This document shows, piece after piece, positions 52,195 through 64,000 of a DNA stretch of 64,000 bases. The notes beneath the pieces were generated by a model. That model made no database searches and was not told where the DNA came from. It saw only the letters and a program-made list of their open reading frames with translations. The translations under genes and the position numbers were made by a program. Within the stretch, counting starts at the first letter, position 1. Each line of letters starts with the position of its first letter. This stretch comes from Octopus vulgaris (taxonomy: Eukaryota). Location of the stretch: assembly GCA_951406725.2 (NCBI GenBank), contig OX597823.1, positions 107,942,001-108,006,000 of the forward strand, given 5' to 3'.

Positions 52195-52632
52195 TACACG
52201 AACACACACACAGAGACACGTATGAACAGGAGCACATGTAAATAATGTGAATATATAATGTTTCATAAAAAACAAAAAACAAAAAGAAAAAAAAAACTGA
52301 AAAAAAATCAAGAACAACAAAGCGCTGAATAGAAAAGTCCCGGGCAAAGTAAAATATAAAAAGTTATCTAAAGTTCACATAAATATTATATGAAATTGAA
52401 TGAAGTGAACGATTGAAAATTTGTTAGCTTTTTGCTAAAAATAGTTCTACTTGATATCTTGGCATCATTGAAATAGCATCATCTAATAGAATATTTCATG
52501 AATTTTTCAGAAAGTACAGAATAGAACAATATCAAAGGTATCTGATCTAAATTGACACAGTTATTCCATGTTCTCAGAAAATAAAATAAAAAATATACGA
52601 TTACATACAACCAGACATGCATACATGTATAC

Positions 52633-52671
<39 letters not shown>

Positions 52672-52725
52672 CAGCCAGACTATTAGACAGGTAGACAGGC
52701 AGGCAGCGAGGCAGACATGCACGTA

Positions 52726-52785
<60 letters not shown>

Positions 52786-52874
52786 CGCAGACATATAGAT
52801 TAGATGCATGTATTTGTATGCATTTATGTACAGACACACGATCACACACGCATACATATATACATGCATGCATC

Positions 52875-52905
<31 letters not shown>

Positions 52906-53064
52906 CATGCATACATATATGTGTGCATGTATGTATATTAGTGTTGCGTATAAATGCAGAGACAGGAAACCGCGATACGGGTGCGCATGTACATACATAT
53001 GCATGTTTTTCTTTATCTAGAAAATGAATATATTATATCTATAAAATATATATATTTATCATTC

Positions 53065-53095
<31 letters not shown>

Positions 53096-53379
53096 TGTAT
53101 GTATGTGTGTGTGTATGTATGTATGTATGTATGTATGTATGTATGTATGTATGCATGTGCATGTGTATGTATGCATGCATGTATGTATGTATGTATGTAT
53201 GTTGCATGTGTATACATATATGTACGTGCATATGTATATGTATGTGTGTGTGTATATATATATATATACATGTATATACACACATGTATATATATATACA
53301 TGTATATACACACATGTATATATATATATGTATACATATATGTAGATAAATAGATAGATTGATAGGTAGATAGAAAAAC

Positions 53380-53437
<58 letters not shown>

Positions 53438-53599
53438 TCAGGAAAATGCATAAATTGATAGTGATAGATAGATATGCGCACGCACATACTCGCAAACGCA
53501 TGCACGCACTAATATCTCTCTATCCATATACCTCTTTCTCTTTCTTTCTCTCTGTCTTTCTCTGAACTCACACGCGTATATTTATATAGAATATAGATG

Positions 53600-54572
53600 A
53601 GGTGCATTAATTTGAATTAATTAAAATACAGGTGTAATCGGTACAAGATTTTATTCTTTCAGTAAATATTTCGTATCCTGGTAGGGAATAATATTTTCCC
53701 ACATTCTTTTGTTTTTTTTTCGGATGCATTCAACGTATCTGACCTCCAAACTCACAACAAGCCACCTTTTTCCGGAAAAGAAAGATGGGAGTTTTGTCTC
53801 GTGGGTCTTTTTCTTTTTCCAGGTTATTTTGCATGCTTTTAACGAATGTGACATCGAAATCACGCGTAAACAGCTCTTTTTCCAGAAAAGGAAAGATTTG
53901 GCTGATACTTTTAGCATGCCCTGCTAACACGTAACAGCTTTTCGCTGAAATATTTACCAACTTCTTTCCCTCCATTTATTTTTTTCCACTTTATGGAAAT
54001 CAATATTTTCTCTGTTGACATCCACCTCAGTTAATTTTGCTTTTTTCCTAATTCTGTGCTTTCTGGAAGCAAAGCCTTCGCATTATCTCAAAGCTACGAG
54101 AATTCACAAACGCGATTTGTTTATTTTTTTAAAGGATTTCGTTGAAGATTTAAATACACCGGGTTTTGGCCAGTTTAAACACTAAAGGGTTAAAAAGTGC
54201 CAAAAGTATAAAATCAGCTTCTTTTTAGAGTTTTGGAGGATTTTAGAGTCCAAAAATTATAGTTTTTGTTTTGCTTTAGAGTTAAAAAATGCTGATTTTA
54301 TAGTTTTAAATTTTAAAGGGCCCAAAAAAGGCTAAAAGAATATTAAATATGCTAAGACAATCTGAAAATAATAGAAACTTTTAAACGTCTACCGGTTTTA
54401 ATGAAATTTAGGGGTTAACGAACTTGAGTTAATGGAACTTAAATGTAACGGAAGTTAATTAGCCGACAATGATTTTCAAAGTTAACTTAAAAGTTAACTC
54501 GTTAACGAAAATGTTAACTTCGTCGATTAACGCGATTATCAATTAATGATTAACGGACTTATGCCCAGCTCT
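53600..54572 (-). mobile_element. hAT-like DNA transposon end with decayed coding remnant
   Basis: Terminus AGAGCTGGGCATAAG on - strand; dense subterminal GTTAAC/TTAACG repeats at 54410-54556; partner TIR not found. Confidence 0.5.
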
Positions 54573-54590
54573 TCATATATATATATATAG

Positions 54591-55033
54591 AATACAAAAG
54601 GAGACAACAACGCAAAACATCCGGACAGTTACACGATACAAAAAGGGAAACAAAACATCCAGATAGACGATACAAAGAAAACAAGGCCGAGTCATTCGAA
54701 GTTTTCTTTTTACAGTCAAGCACCATTTTTTATTGTATTTATATTTGTGTAACATTGTCCGTTTTTTTCCGTCCTTGTTTTTGAATACATTCACTGCTTT
54801 CTTTCAAGGAATCTAATGCTCATAGCTTAGTTTTTCCTTGGGGCTGGCAAGATTGGAACAATCTCAAGAATAATCAGCCGAAATTGTGAGGATAATCTGG
54901 TGCTTGACTGAGGAAAGAAAACTTCGAATGACCTGTACTTGTTTTCTTTTTATCGTCTATCTGGATGTTTTGCTGTCCCTTTTTTGTATCACTTAGTTGT
55001 CCGAATGTTTTTTTGCGCTCTTGTCCCCTTTTG

Positions 55034-55037
<4 letters not shown>
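54591..55037. mobile_element. Penelope-like element with inverted partial terminal repeat, in (TA)n
   Basis: 54591-54725 is a diverged reverse complement of 54898-55037. Confidence 0.7.
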
Positions 55038-55064
<27 letters not shown>

Positions 55065-55427
55065 CTAGCAGTATCGCCCGGCGTTGCTCAGGTTTGTAAG
55101 GTAAATAACTATAAAGCATTTTTAGAGAGTTATAGCCAAAAAATAGCATAAAAAATGGAAAAAAAAATGATGGTAAATTTTTTGATGAGTTAAAAAAGCT
55201 GTAGTTGCGTCCCCTAGACGGTCTGTGGTTTGGGTTTCTGATTCTCGACCCCATGTCGAATTTATCGATTTTTCAGAACTGGGGGAACTTTTCAAAATTT
55301 TCGCTGCGTTAGTTTTGAATTATGACATTGGGCTATGTGTGTGTCAAGTTTCATCAGAATCGGTTGAAAGCCGTGGTCAGAGTGAGGTACGAGAAAACAG
55401 ACACACAGAAAACGCACAGACAAACTG
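55065..55427 (-). mobile_element. Non-autonomous Helitron (5' end lost in a CA repeat)
   Basis: Highly similar to 8154-8515 including the hairpin and CTAG. Confidence 0.8.
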
Positions 55428-55507
<80 letters not shown>

Positions 55508-55571
55508 GTATATATATGTATATATATATATATATAGCGGCGTACGTACACTTTGTTCTCTTATATATATA

Positions 55572-55747
55572 TTGGCTGTACGGTAAGCAGCTTTCTTCTC
55601 AACCACATGGTTCCGTGTTGAGTCCTACTGGGTAGTATCTTGAGCAAGTGTCTTTTACTATTGACCTGCAGCGGCTAAAACCTTGTGAATGGATTTGGTA
55701 AACGGAAACTGAAAGAAACCCGTCGTATATACATATATATATATACA

Positions 55748-55806
<59 letters not shown>

Positions 55807-56062
55807 GTATTTGTGTATGTATGTATGTAAGTATGTACTTTAGATATGTTTGTGTGTGTATTTGTGACCACAATTACTGCTTGACAACCGGTGTCGGTGT
55901 GTTCGCGTCCCCGTAAGTTAGCGGTTTAACAAAAAGGACCGATAGAGTAAGTACTAGGCTTAATAATAAGTCCTGAATTCGATTTCTTCGTATAAATCCC
56001 TTCAGGGTACTACTCCAGCATGGCCGCTGTCTAATGACTGAAACAAGTAAGAGATAAAAGAG
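55572..56062 (+). mobile_element. Older SINE family A
   Basis: Diverged head, body and tail; expanded internal microsatellite. Confidence 0.85.
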
Positions 56063-56072
56063 TATATAAATA

Positions 56073-56705
56073 CGAAGTGATATCAAAAAGTTCCCAGACC
56101 AGTTCTGTAGCGCACCAACAGATGGCAGCACACGGTTGCGTACTCGGTTGCGTACACGATGAGAACTCACTGTGACCTTCATGAGGCAGCGTGCCGAGTG
56201 GCATCGCTGCGTGTACTTCAAAGTTGTGAAACTGATGTGTTTGTGATCACATGTATGCTGCAGTCTGCGATTTTCGTCATGGACAGGAAGTTGGAAGAAA
56301 GAGCCGACGTGAAATTTTGCATTAAACTTGGGAAGTCTGCTGAAGAGACCCTGAGCATGCTTCGGCAATCTTACAATAAGAAGGCAATGGGTCGTATGCA
56401 ATGTTTCGAGTGGGACGGGCGTTTCAAAAGCAGAAGAACGTCACAGGAAAACGATGAGCGATATGGAAGACCTGCCACGACCGTCACTCCCGATAATTAC
56501 TCTCTTTACTCTTTTACTTGTTTCAGTCATTTGACTGTGGCCATGCTGGAGCACAGCCTTTAGTCGACCTCAGGACTTATTCTTTGTAATCCTAGTACTT
56601 ATTCTATCGGTCTCTTTTGCCGAACCGCTACATTACGGGGACGTAAAGACACCAGCCTCGGTTGTCAAGTGTTGTTGGTGGGACAATCACAGACACACAC
56701 AAGCG

Positions 56706-56771
<66 letters not shown>

Positions 56772-57213
56772 GCTATTTACGACGGGCTTCTTTAAGTTTC
56801 TATCTACCAAATCCACTCACAAGGCTTTGGTCGGCCCGAGGCTATATTAGAAGACACTTGCCCAAGTTGTCACGCAGTGGGACTGAACCCGGAACCATGT
56901 GGTTGGTAAGCAAGCTACTACCACACAGCCACTCCTACGCCTATTTGGAGAAAATTCATAATCTTGTGCATGATAATCGTCGGAGGAAAATCAACAGCTT
57001 TCTGAAGCGTTTAAGGGAGGACATTCGGCGAAAGCGACCGCATTTGTGGGGCGCGAAGAAGTGGGTTCTTCACGACGACAGTGTTACCCTGACACCGAGC
57101 TCGCCGCACTCGTGAGTTTCTTGCCAAAAATATCTAGGTGTCGCTTCCACAGCCGCCCTATTCGCCGGATTTAGTACCTACGGACTTCCATCTCTTCCCC
57201 AAGATGAAAATGC
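56073..57213 (+). mobile_element. Internally deleted mariner interrupted by a SINE
   Basis: TA|CGAAGTGATATCAAAAAGTTCC end; ATG at 56279 MDRKLEERADVKFCIKLGKSAEETL; LKRLREDIRRKRP; PPYSPDLVPTDFHLFPKMK. Confidence 0.88.
56497..56942 (-). mobile_element. SINE family A inside the mariner
   Basis: Full-length match; the transposase reading continues on either side (TVTPDN / LEKIHNLV). Confidence 0.92.
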
Positions 57214-57412
57214 AGACACACAGACACACATATCCTTGTTAGTTCTAAAGAAAAGAGATGGTACTCAGCGCAAAAAGTAGAGTTTAATAAAATAATAACT
57301 ACAGGAGAATAATTGGGTTATTCTGAGTTTCGCGTTGCTGTTTTTCAAAATATTTCACTTTTAACCTTATGCATAAGTACATACCTAATACACACGCGCA
57401 AACATGTATGCA

Positions 57413-57471
<59 letters not shown>

Positions 57472-57975
57472 ACACTATATATTATATATTACACATGTAT
57501 GATTATATGTATACATATATATATATATATATTTGCACTCACACATATATTTGCATATATTATGCACCTTATTTATGAATGTGTGTATGTATGAGTATAT
57601 ATATGTGTGTGTGTGTGTATGTGTGTGTGTGTGTCTGTGTGTGTTTGTGCTTACTTTTACATACACATATATCGAGGAAAATGAGGAGAGAGAAAGAGAG
57701 ACGTATGAGAGATATATGGACTGTGTAGTAATTCCTGCGAGTTGTCTATTTTGTGTGTGTTCTTCCTCTAACTCTCTCGCTCTTTCTCTTCCCCCGTCTC
57801 TCTCTGTACAAGAAGATGCTGTTGTTGTTGTTGTTGTGGTTGTTGGTAGTGGTGGGTTGTTACAACGGCAATACTGCATTGGTTTCTGGCATTGTTATTT
57901 GTCTCTTTCTACACGGCCAGCATTCTAATTTATAAATGTATTTGTAGTAGGTGTGCAGTTATAGAGGGGACACGA

Positions 57976-58007
<32 letters not shown>

Positions 58008-60529
58008 GGAGGGAGTTCAATTTAGAGTGGGTGAGTGTTTAGGTGCGTACTTATCAACGTACTTATGTATAGTCAGAAACACACACACACATACACACAC
58101 ATGCATATATGTATATGAATATATGTAGTTGTATGTAGATGTGTACGTGTGTTATTGTTTGAGTGTATTTACTTATCTAGGTTGCCATAAATTCAATATA
58201 TCACATAATGAATTTTATATAAAATAGACTACGTGCCTATATTAATGTGTGTATATGCATACAGACTAACACACACTTAACATCATCTCTCTTCAAACAC
58301 ACACATCAACTCACACACACACATATACATATACATATGCATATATATATATATGTGTGCGGCTCATGTGTGATTGTGTGTACGATCCGCATCTATGTGT
58401 ATATGTGTACTGTGCAGTAAGACAGCAATGTAATGTATAAGTGTAAGAGAATCATTGAAACGTGGCACAGATTTAAAATTGAATTTATCAGAAAAACCAG
58501 ACCAGAATTTGTCCACGCGATATAATAAAGAAACACTGAAATTAGATGTTTTGCTTTATGATAGCAATTTCAACAAGGTTTCCTCAGATTTGATCGAATA
58601 TTCCATTTTACATCGAAGCGTGTCGATTGGTTGGTGCAGTAACACACAGGGTGAGATGCCGACAGTTCGAATCCTCATCTAGACCTAATCTCATTCCTGG
58701 TTGTAGTCATTTCACTTCGTTCACAGTGATAATATATTTGCTATTGTATGATGTTCAGGTGAAAGCACTTGGCCGCCTGGTTGCCAGGGAAATTACACTC
58801 ACGATTACAGAACGGCGATGCGTTATCTTCAGAAAAACACCTCATTTCACGTTGCGCCAGTACATTCGGCTATAAATGGTTCACCTTATCGACGGACTGA
58901 TGTCTCCTACGGGAGAAATGCTCGACTGATCCGCCGATTCGCAACGTTTGCAAACTGCAACAACGCGCTTCTTGACAATTTTGTGGTTTTCAAATGACTG
59001 GATCAACGGTAGACAATGGCATCCGGCAGTCTGGTTGATACAATGATGACGTTAAGATTTCTTTAGTTATTTCCTACTACAATGAGAGTTCTGAAGTACC
59101 TGTATGAGGAAAGTGAAGATGTTACATAGATAAAAGGGACACGGTTCTCATCTCTTTATATGCTCGAATATATGAGATAAGTTACTGCCAGCCTTGCTTC
59201 AGATACCTCATCGACTTAATTATACACCTGCCAAGCATTCTTCATAGTCTACTGCTTCCTCCACCTGGCTAAAGGCTTCCGTAAAATGGGCCATAAACAT
59301 CACATGACTTCCGTCACCTAACCAAACTCACAATAGTCATAAAACATTTACAACTAATTAAGGTAACATCGATGGTAATCAAGAACTGGTAAACGGTGAA
59401 CAAGGAGTGTTTTATAAAATGCACAATCAGAAAATACTCTTCGACTCTTGGACGGAAAACTTATATTTAAGACGATGCTGTTAATCTTAGCTGACTAGTT
59501 GATTACGGAATCGTATATTTGATAAGCTAAGTCTTCTCACAACGATTTTCGTCGATAATTCTGTGTTTATAGACACCTTGTATTGTTTTCATTCTTCTAA
59601 GCCGTAGCAACAGTCTCTACCAAAGCTCTTACATCTACTCTGATCAGGAACTCTTGTGCTATAATTACAATGTCGCTGCAATTTTGTCTTAAGCTTGTCT
59701 CATTTCTGTCGAAAAGCTGATCGCTTAGGTCCTTCGTGTATTGGAGTAACCGTGACTCTGAAACGTTTCTAAATTCAAATTTGATCGGACTAGATTACAT
59801 CTTTAAAGTACGAGGGTCTTTCAATCTTCTGACATAAATCTACACTACCCCAGGGTAGCTATTTACAGCCAGGTGGACCGAGATATTTCAGAGGTTTGGA
59901 CGATGAACACGTGTCAGTGACAGAATGTAGAATGTAGAAATTTCAATTAGAAATTCGACATACAGCTGACCTGGCCACATTCACTTCTCTGCAGTGAATA
60001 ATTGACTTTCATAACGAACAATTTACTTCATAATACAGCCATGTTGCTGTAGAGGAGATTTAAACAAGTAGTAAGCAACATAGAAGTGGAAAATACAGCA
60101 AATAATTCTACGAACAGAAGATCAACTAGTGCAGAGCGAACAAAAGAATGCGCCTTGAAAATAACTATCTATATTAAAAATTGGGTTGAGGAAGTTAGCC
60201 TAAAGGGAATAGAAAATGTCAGCTTTAGAGGCAGTCAAATTTTAAGACAACATGTCTGGATGAATCAAAGATGACAATGACAGATAGCAAACAGAAAAAC
60301 CAAGCACAGGGATACAATACATACACACGCGAACATAATTATATACATGTACATATCATTTATCCTTTTTATATACACATACTCCCCAAACATTTACACA
60401 CACACACCACATATTTATACGCACACCCCCGCATATTCTTCCGCGCGCGCACACACACACACACACACTCACACACACACACACTACTACAAAACACGCA
60501 CATGCATATAAGTATATAAATATTGAGTT

Positions 60530-61705
60530 GTTGGTCATAAAGTCCGTTCGGCTTTTGTTTCCTGGCCAAGCTGAAGCAACCTCTCAAGTTCATCATTGAA
60601 GAAAACAAAGTCGGAAAACCAAAGCTCTTAACTTTCTTTGAAGACTCAGAAGGCAAGGTCGTGATTCGATCTGGCGTAGCTGAAGACAGGCAGGAAATGG
60701 AAAGAACCAGAGTTGGCGAATGCAGCAAAGGAAAGCCTTATGATCAGAGAAATAATGCGATACTCGGACCAATAGATAGGAACTGGGAGTAGCAAAAATG
60801 GAATCGTAGCCAGAGACCAAGGGTAAGATGAGGAGAGATCTGATTTTACAAGAAGAGTTAAAGGAAGAGGAAGCCATAAGAATCCGGAAGGCAATACAGC
60901 AGAGCCAACAGGGCAAGTGGACGACGTGAGAAGGTACACTCCCAAAGTGTCTCAACTGAAGACTTGTGGCATATTGAGCCTCTTAGAGTAAGTTTGACCC
61001 CTCAGATCTGTCTATAATCTCTAGCTTTCGAATACGAATTAGTAAAGTGAGGCAAATCAGATAATCCTGGATGAAACTCTGCTAGGGTAAACAAACAATA
61101 GAATACATTCTGGGTTCCTGCAGAGTAGTATTGACCCAAGGAAGATGCACGTATTGGCACAATCCAAGTGCTTAAGGAGCTTGCACACGTGATAAGCACC
61201 AGAATTTCCAACAAGATTCTACGCGGTAGGAAGCAAAAAATCATGGCCAGGAAGAGCTATACTATACGAGCAACGAGAATGGGGTCTTCTGGGTGATGAC
61301 TGGAAGTACTGAAGAGACCTCCCAGGATCAACAAGAGAACCAGGGATCATCAGGAAAGGTGACCCGAGGCTAAATATCGTGCTCCATTCCAGTTCATCAA
61401 AGCAAGTGATTTTGATTGCACTGGGTCATTTGAACATAGAATAAAAGAAGCACACATTTTCAAACCCGAAAAATACGCCGGTCAGGCAAACAACTTGATG
61501 GAAGCAAACTTTCGAGTCAAGTTTCTTGCCACAGAGGTTGGAGGCAAGAAGTTTTGTGGGTAAATCTGCTTACGTTCTACTGAAATAACTTTCACTCACC
61601 AGAAGGAATAGGACCAAAGCTCTAAAGGGAAAAGGCAGAGACTGCATAGAGGTGTTCTAGCTGGATTTGATCAAGAAGGAACAAAAACAACCTCCATACT
61701 GCTTG
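60530..61705 (+). mobile_element. Decayed HERO-like retrotransposon, 3' half
   Basis: KAIQQSQQGKWTT..DLWHIEPLRVS..NLVK*GKSDNP..LTQGRCTYWHN..NIVLHSSSSKQVILI..TEVGG; possible 3'UTR at 61930-62060. Confidence 0.8.
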
Positions 61706-62079
61706 AAGGCTTTTTTGTAATTTAACGCTAAGGGAAGTCTCTCAATATGAGTCATTCTGGTAGCGTTGATGTTTTGCCGTTGCAATGACAACCAACGTTA
61801 TTTCTTCTTTGAGTATACGTTTGAAAGCTGAATCAACGGAGAGGAAATCCAAAACGATAAAATTTGCAAGCGGTTTAAATGCACGAGTCTCTGATATCCA
61901 AGTGACTGAAAAGTGTTAGCAGAAGAGCACCCAGGAGTCATGACCTGGATGCAGATCGGCCCCTTAGAGTGTAAGAAGTTAAGGAACGAAACATTTGCTT
62001 GGGGGTGGTTTCTTCTCTGAACATCTTCTGCTGTTCATCTCCCCATGCGCACTCTCAGTTACTTGACACTTCAACATAG

Positions 62080-63226
62080 CTGGGCGCAACCTTGCGACGA
62101 GATGGGTTCTTTTTTGTGTGCTTGAGTCCACCGTGAAAATGTTGAACCAAAACTAATATTATGGACACCTTATGCGTTTTTTGTTTTAAAAATGACAAGA
62201 AAGCGGCGGGATTGTCCAAGAAGATATGCACTGTATGTGGAAAGGATGCTGTTATGAAACGTGTGTGCCAGAAGTGGTTTTCAAGATTTCGATGGGGAAA
62301 TGTTTTCGATTCAATGATGCACCTTGCTCTGGCTTCCCAGCTGAGATTAACAACGACACCAGCTCTCATTATATGACCAGGATGATCCGGATACCCCACA
62401 AATATCCAACTCAGGAGTTGCAAACTATCCGCATCAACTCGGTTACATCGGCAGGCTCGATGTTTGGATCTCACATCAGTTGAATGAGGCTAACCTTACC
62501 CAACGGATTACCATCTGTTTTTTTTTTTGGTGGTTTTCATTTTCTGTTGTAGAAACGTGAAGAAATCGACCCTCTTTGGAAGAGACTGGTGACAGAGGAC
62601 GAAAACTGGATCGTCTATATCAATTTGAAGCGCAAACAATCTTAGGGAAGCACGGTGAACCACCACGAATAACTTCAAAAGCAGGACTTCATCCGAAAAA
62701 GGTTATGCTTACCACTTCGTGGAATTGGAAGAGTGTTGTCTTTTACGAGCTGCTTCCTAGGGACAGGACCAGCAATTCGAATGTGTACTGTGACTAACTG
62801 GACAAATTAAACGAGCGGTCTGTTAGAAGCGCGCAGCACATGCCAATAGTAAGGGGATTGTCTTTCATCTCACTTCTTTCCAAGCTCGGCAGAAGTTACT
62901 GGGACTCGTATGGCACGTTTTTCCACATCTTCCATATTCGCCAGACTTTGTACCATCAAATTTCCACCTGTTTTGGTCTCTTCAAAATTCATTGAATGGA
63001 CAGACCTTCAGCTCTGAAGAAGATGTAAACCTTCACCTGGGAAAGTTTGTCGCTCGTAAAGACAGGAAATTCTTTGAGCTAGGAATAATAGATCTGCCCG
63101 CAAGATGGCAGAATTTACCGAAACGAAACGGTAATTACATCACTGATTGAATAAACCGCTTTGCGTTTAAAACTTGTGTCTTATTTTCGGTTAACAAATC
63201 GAACGGACTTTTTGACCGACCCAGTT
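62080..63226 (+). mobile_element. Decayed mariner (mellifera-like)
   Basis: CQKWFSRFR; KAGLHPKKVML; FYELLP; HLPYSPDFVPSNFHLFWSLQN; 3' TIR-like CGGACTTTTTGACCGACCCAGT. Confidence 0.88.
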
Positions 63227-63451
63227 TATATGAATCAGACAATTGTACAGATATTAGACAGACAAACAGGCGAACATATCTAGATTATATATAGATAGGT
63301 AGACGTATAATAGTATAAGGTTAATCCAAACGGGAAAACAGAAAAAATAACAACACGTGGAACAATTAAAGTATTATTATTAGGCGCTCAGGAAAAGGGG
63401 AATGAGGGTATATATATATATATATATACATGGAATATGTTAATTAGAGTC

Positions 63452-63511
63452 AGACCAAAGCCTTGTGAGTAGATTTTGTGAATGGAAACTGAAAGAAGCC
63501 CGTCGTGTATG

Positions 63512-63549
<38 letters not shown>

Positions 63550-63780
63550 GTGTTTGTGTGTGTGTGTGTGTGTGTGCGTTTTCTGATTGTGCTTGTCTAT
63601 CATTATTGTTTGACAAACGGTGCTGGCTTGTTTACGCCTCCGCCCCTTTGCTGTTGGGCAAAGAGACCAATAGAATAAGTACGCGGCTTTTAGGAACTAA
63701 ATACTAGAGTAGACTGAACCCTTGAATGCACCCCCGCCCTCAGCATGACTGCAGTCTAATGACTAAAACAAGTGAAAAGA
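63452..63780 (+). mobile_element. 5'-truncated SINE family A
   Basis: Body GACCAAAGCCTTGTGAGT..GGAAACTGAAAGAAGCCCGTCG and tail CAGCATGACTGCAGTCTAATGACTAAAAC. Confidence 0.8.
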
Positions 63781-64000
63781 ATTACTAAAGAGATATTAAA
63801 CTGACGTACTTGAAGATGGGATAAACTAAGAGAAGCAAACAAGAGAAAAACAGAGAGAGTGGGAAAGAGAAAGGCGGAGAGAGAGAGAGAGAGAAAAGAG
63901 AGAAAGCGAGGAAAAAGAGAGAGAGAGAGGGGAGAGAGTGGGAAAGAGTGAGGCGGAGAGAAAGAGAGAGGGAGAAAAGGGGACAGAGATAGAAGAAAGA

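Noticed and set aside
59000-59780. Very old RT remnant on the - strand (DIVIIA-like motif)
   Set aside because: Too decayed to delimit or classify by eye

Overview
This is eukaryotic, AT-rich, repeat-dominated DNA. The SINE families, LINE types and dense (TA)n/(CA)n/(TACA)n tracts match what I recognise from octopus (coleoid cephalopod) genomes; that assignment is an inference. There is no intact long ORF, and nearly every ORF in the track is microsatellite translation or transposon relic. The window holds three modular tRNA-derived SINE families in many copies and decayed LINEs (CR1/L2-group, R4/Dong-like, two HERO-like, RTE). It also holds five mariner/Tc1 relics, MITEs, two non-autonomous Helitrons, probable hAT and MULE relics, and weakly supported short exons of a minus-strand gene. 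The most interesting signals are: (1) a full-length U6 snRNA copy fused directly to the 3' terminal stem-loop tail of the resident LINE (32823-32985); (2) small TA-embedded, often fold-back elements carrying minimal hammerhead-ribozyme motifs, resembling Penelope-like pLTRs (555-609, 38157-38287, 38447-38482, 39924-39959); (3) a LINE/SINE shared tail with compensatory base changes; (4) recurrent identical junctions in tandem SINE arrays; (5) a possible HDV-like fold in an internally deleted RTE. All family assignments come from motif recognition by eye, not from database searches.
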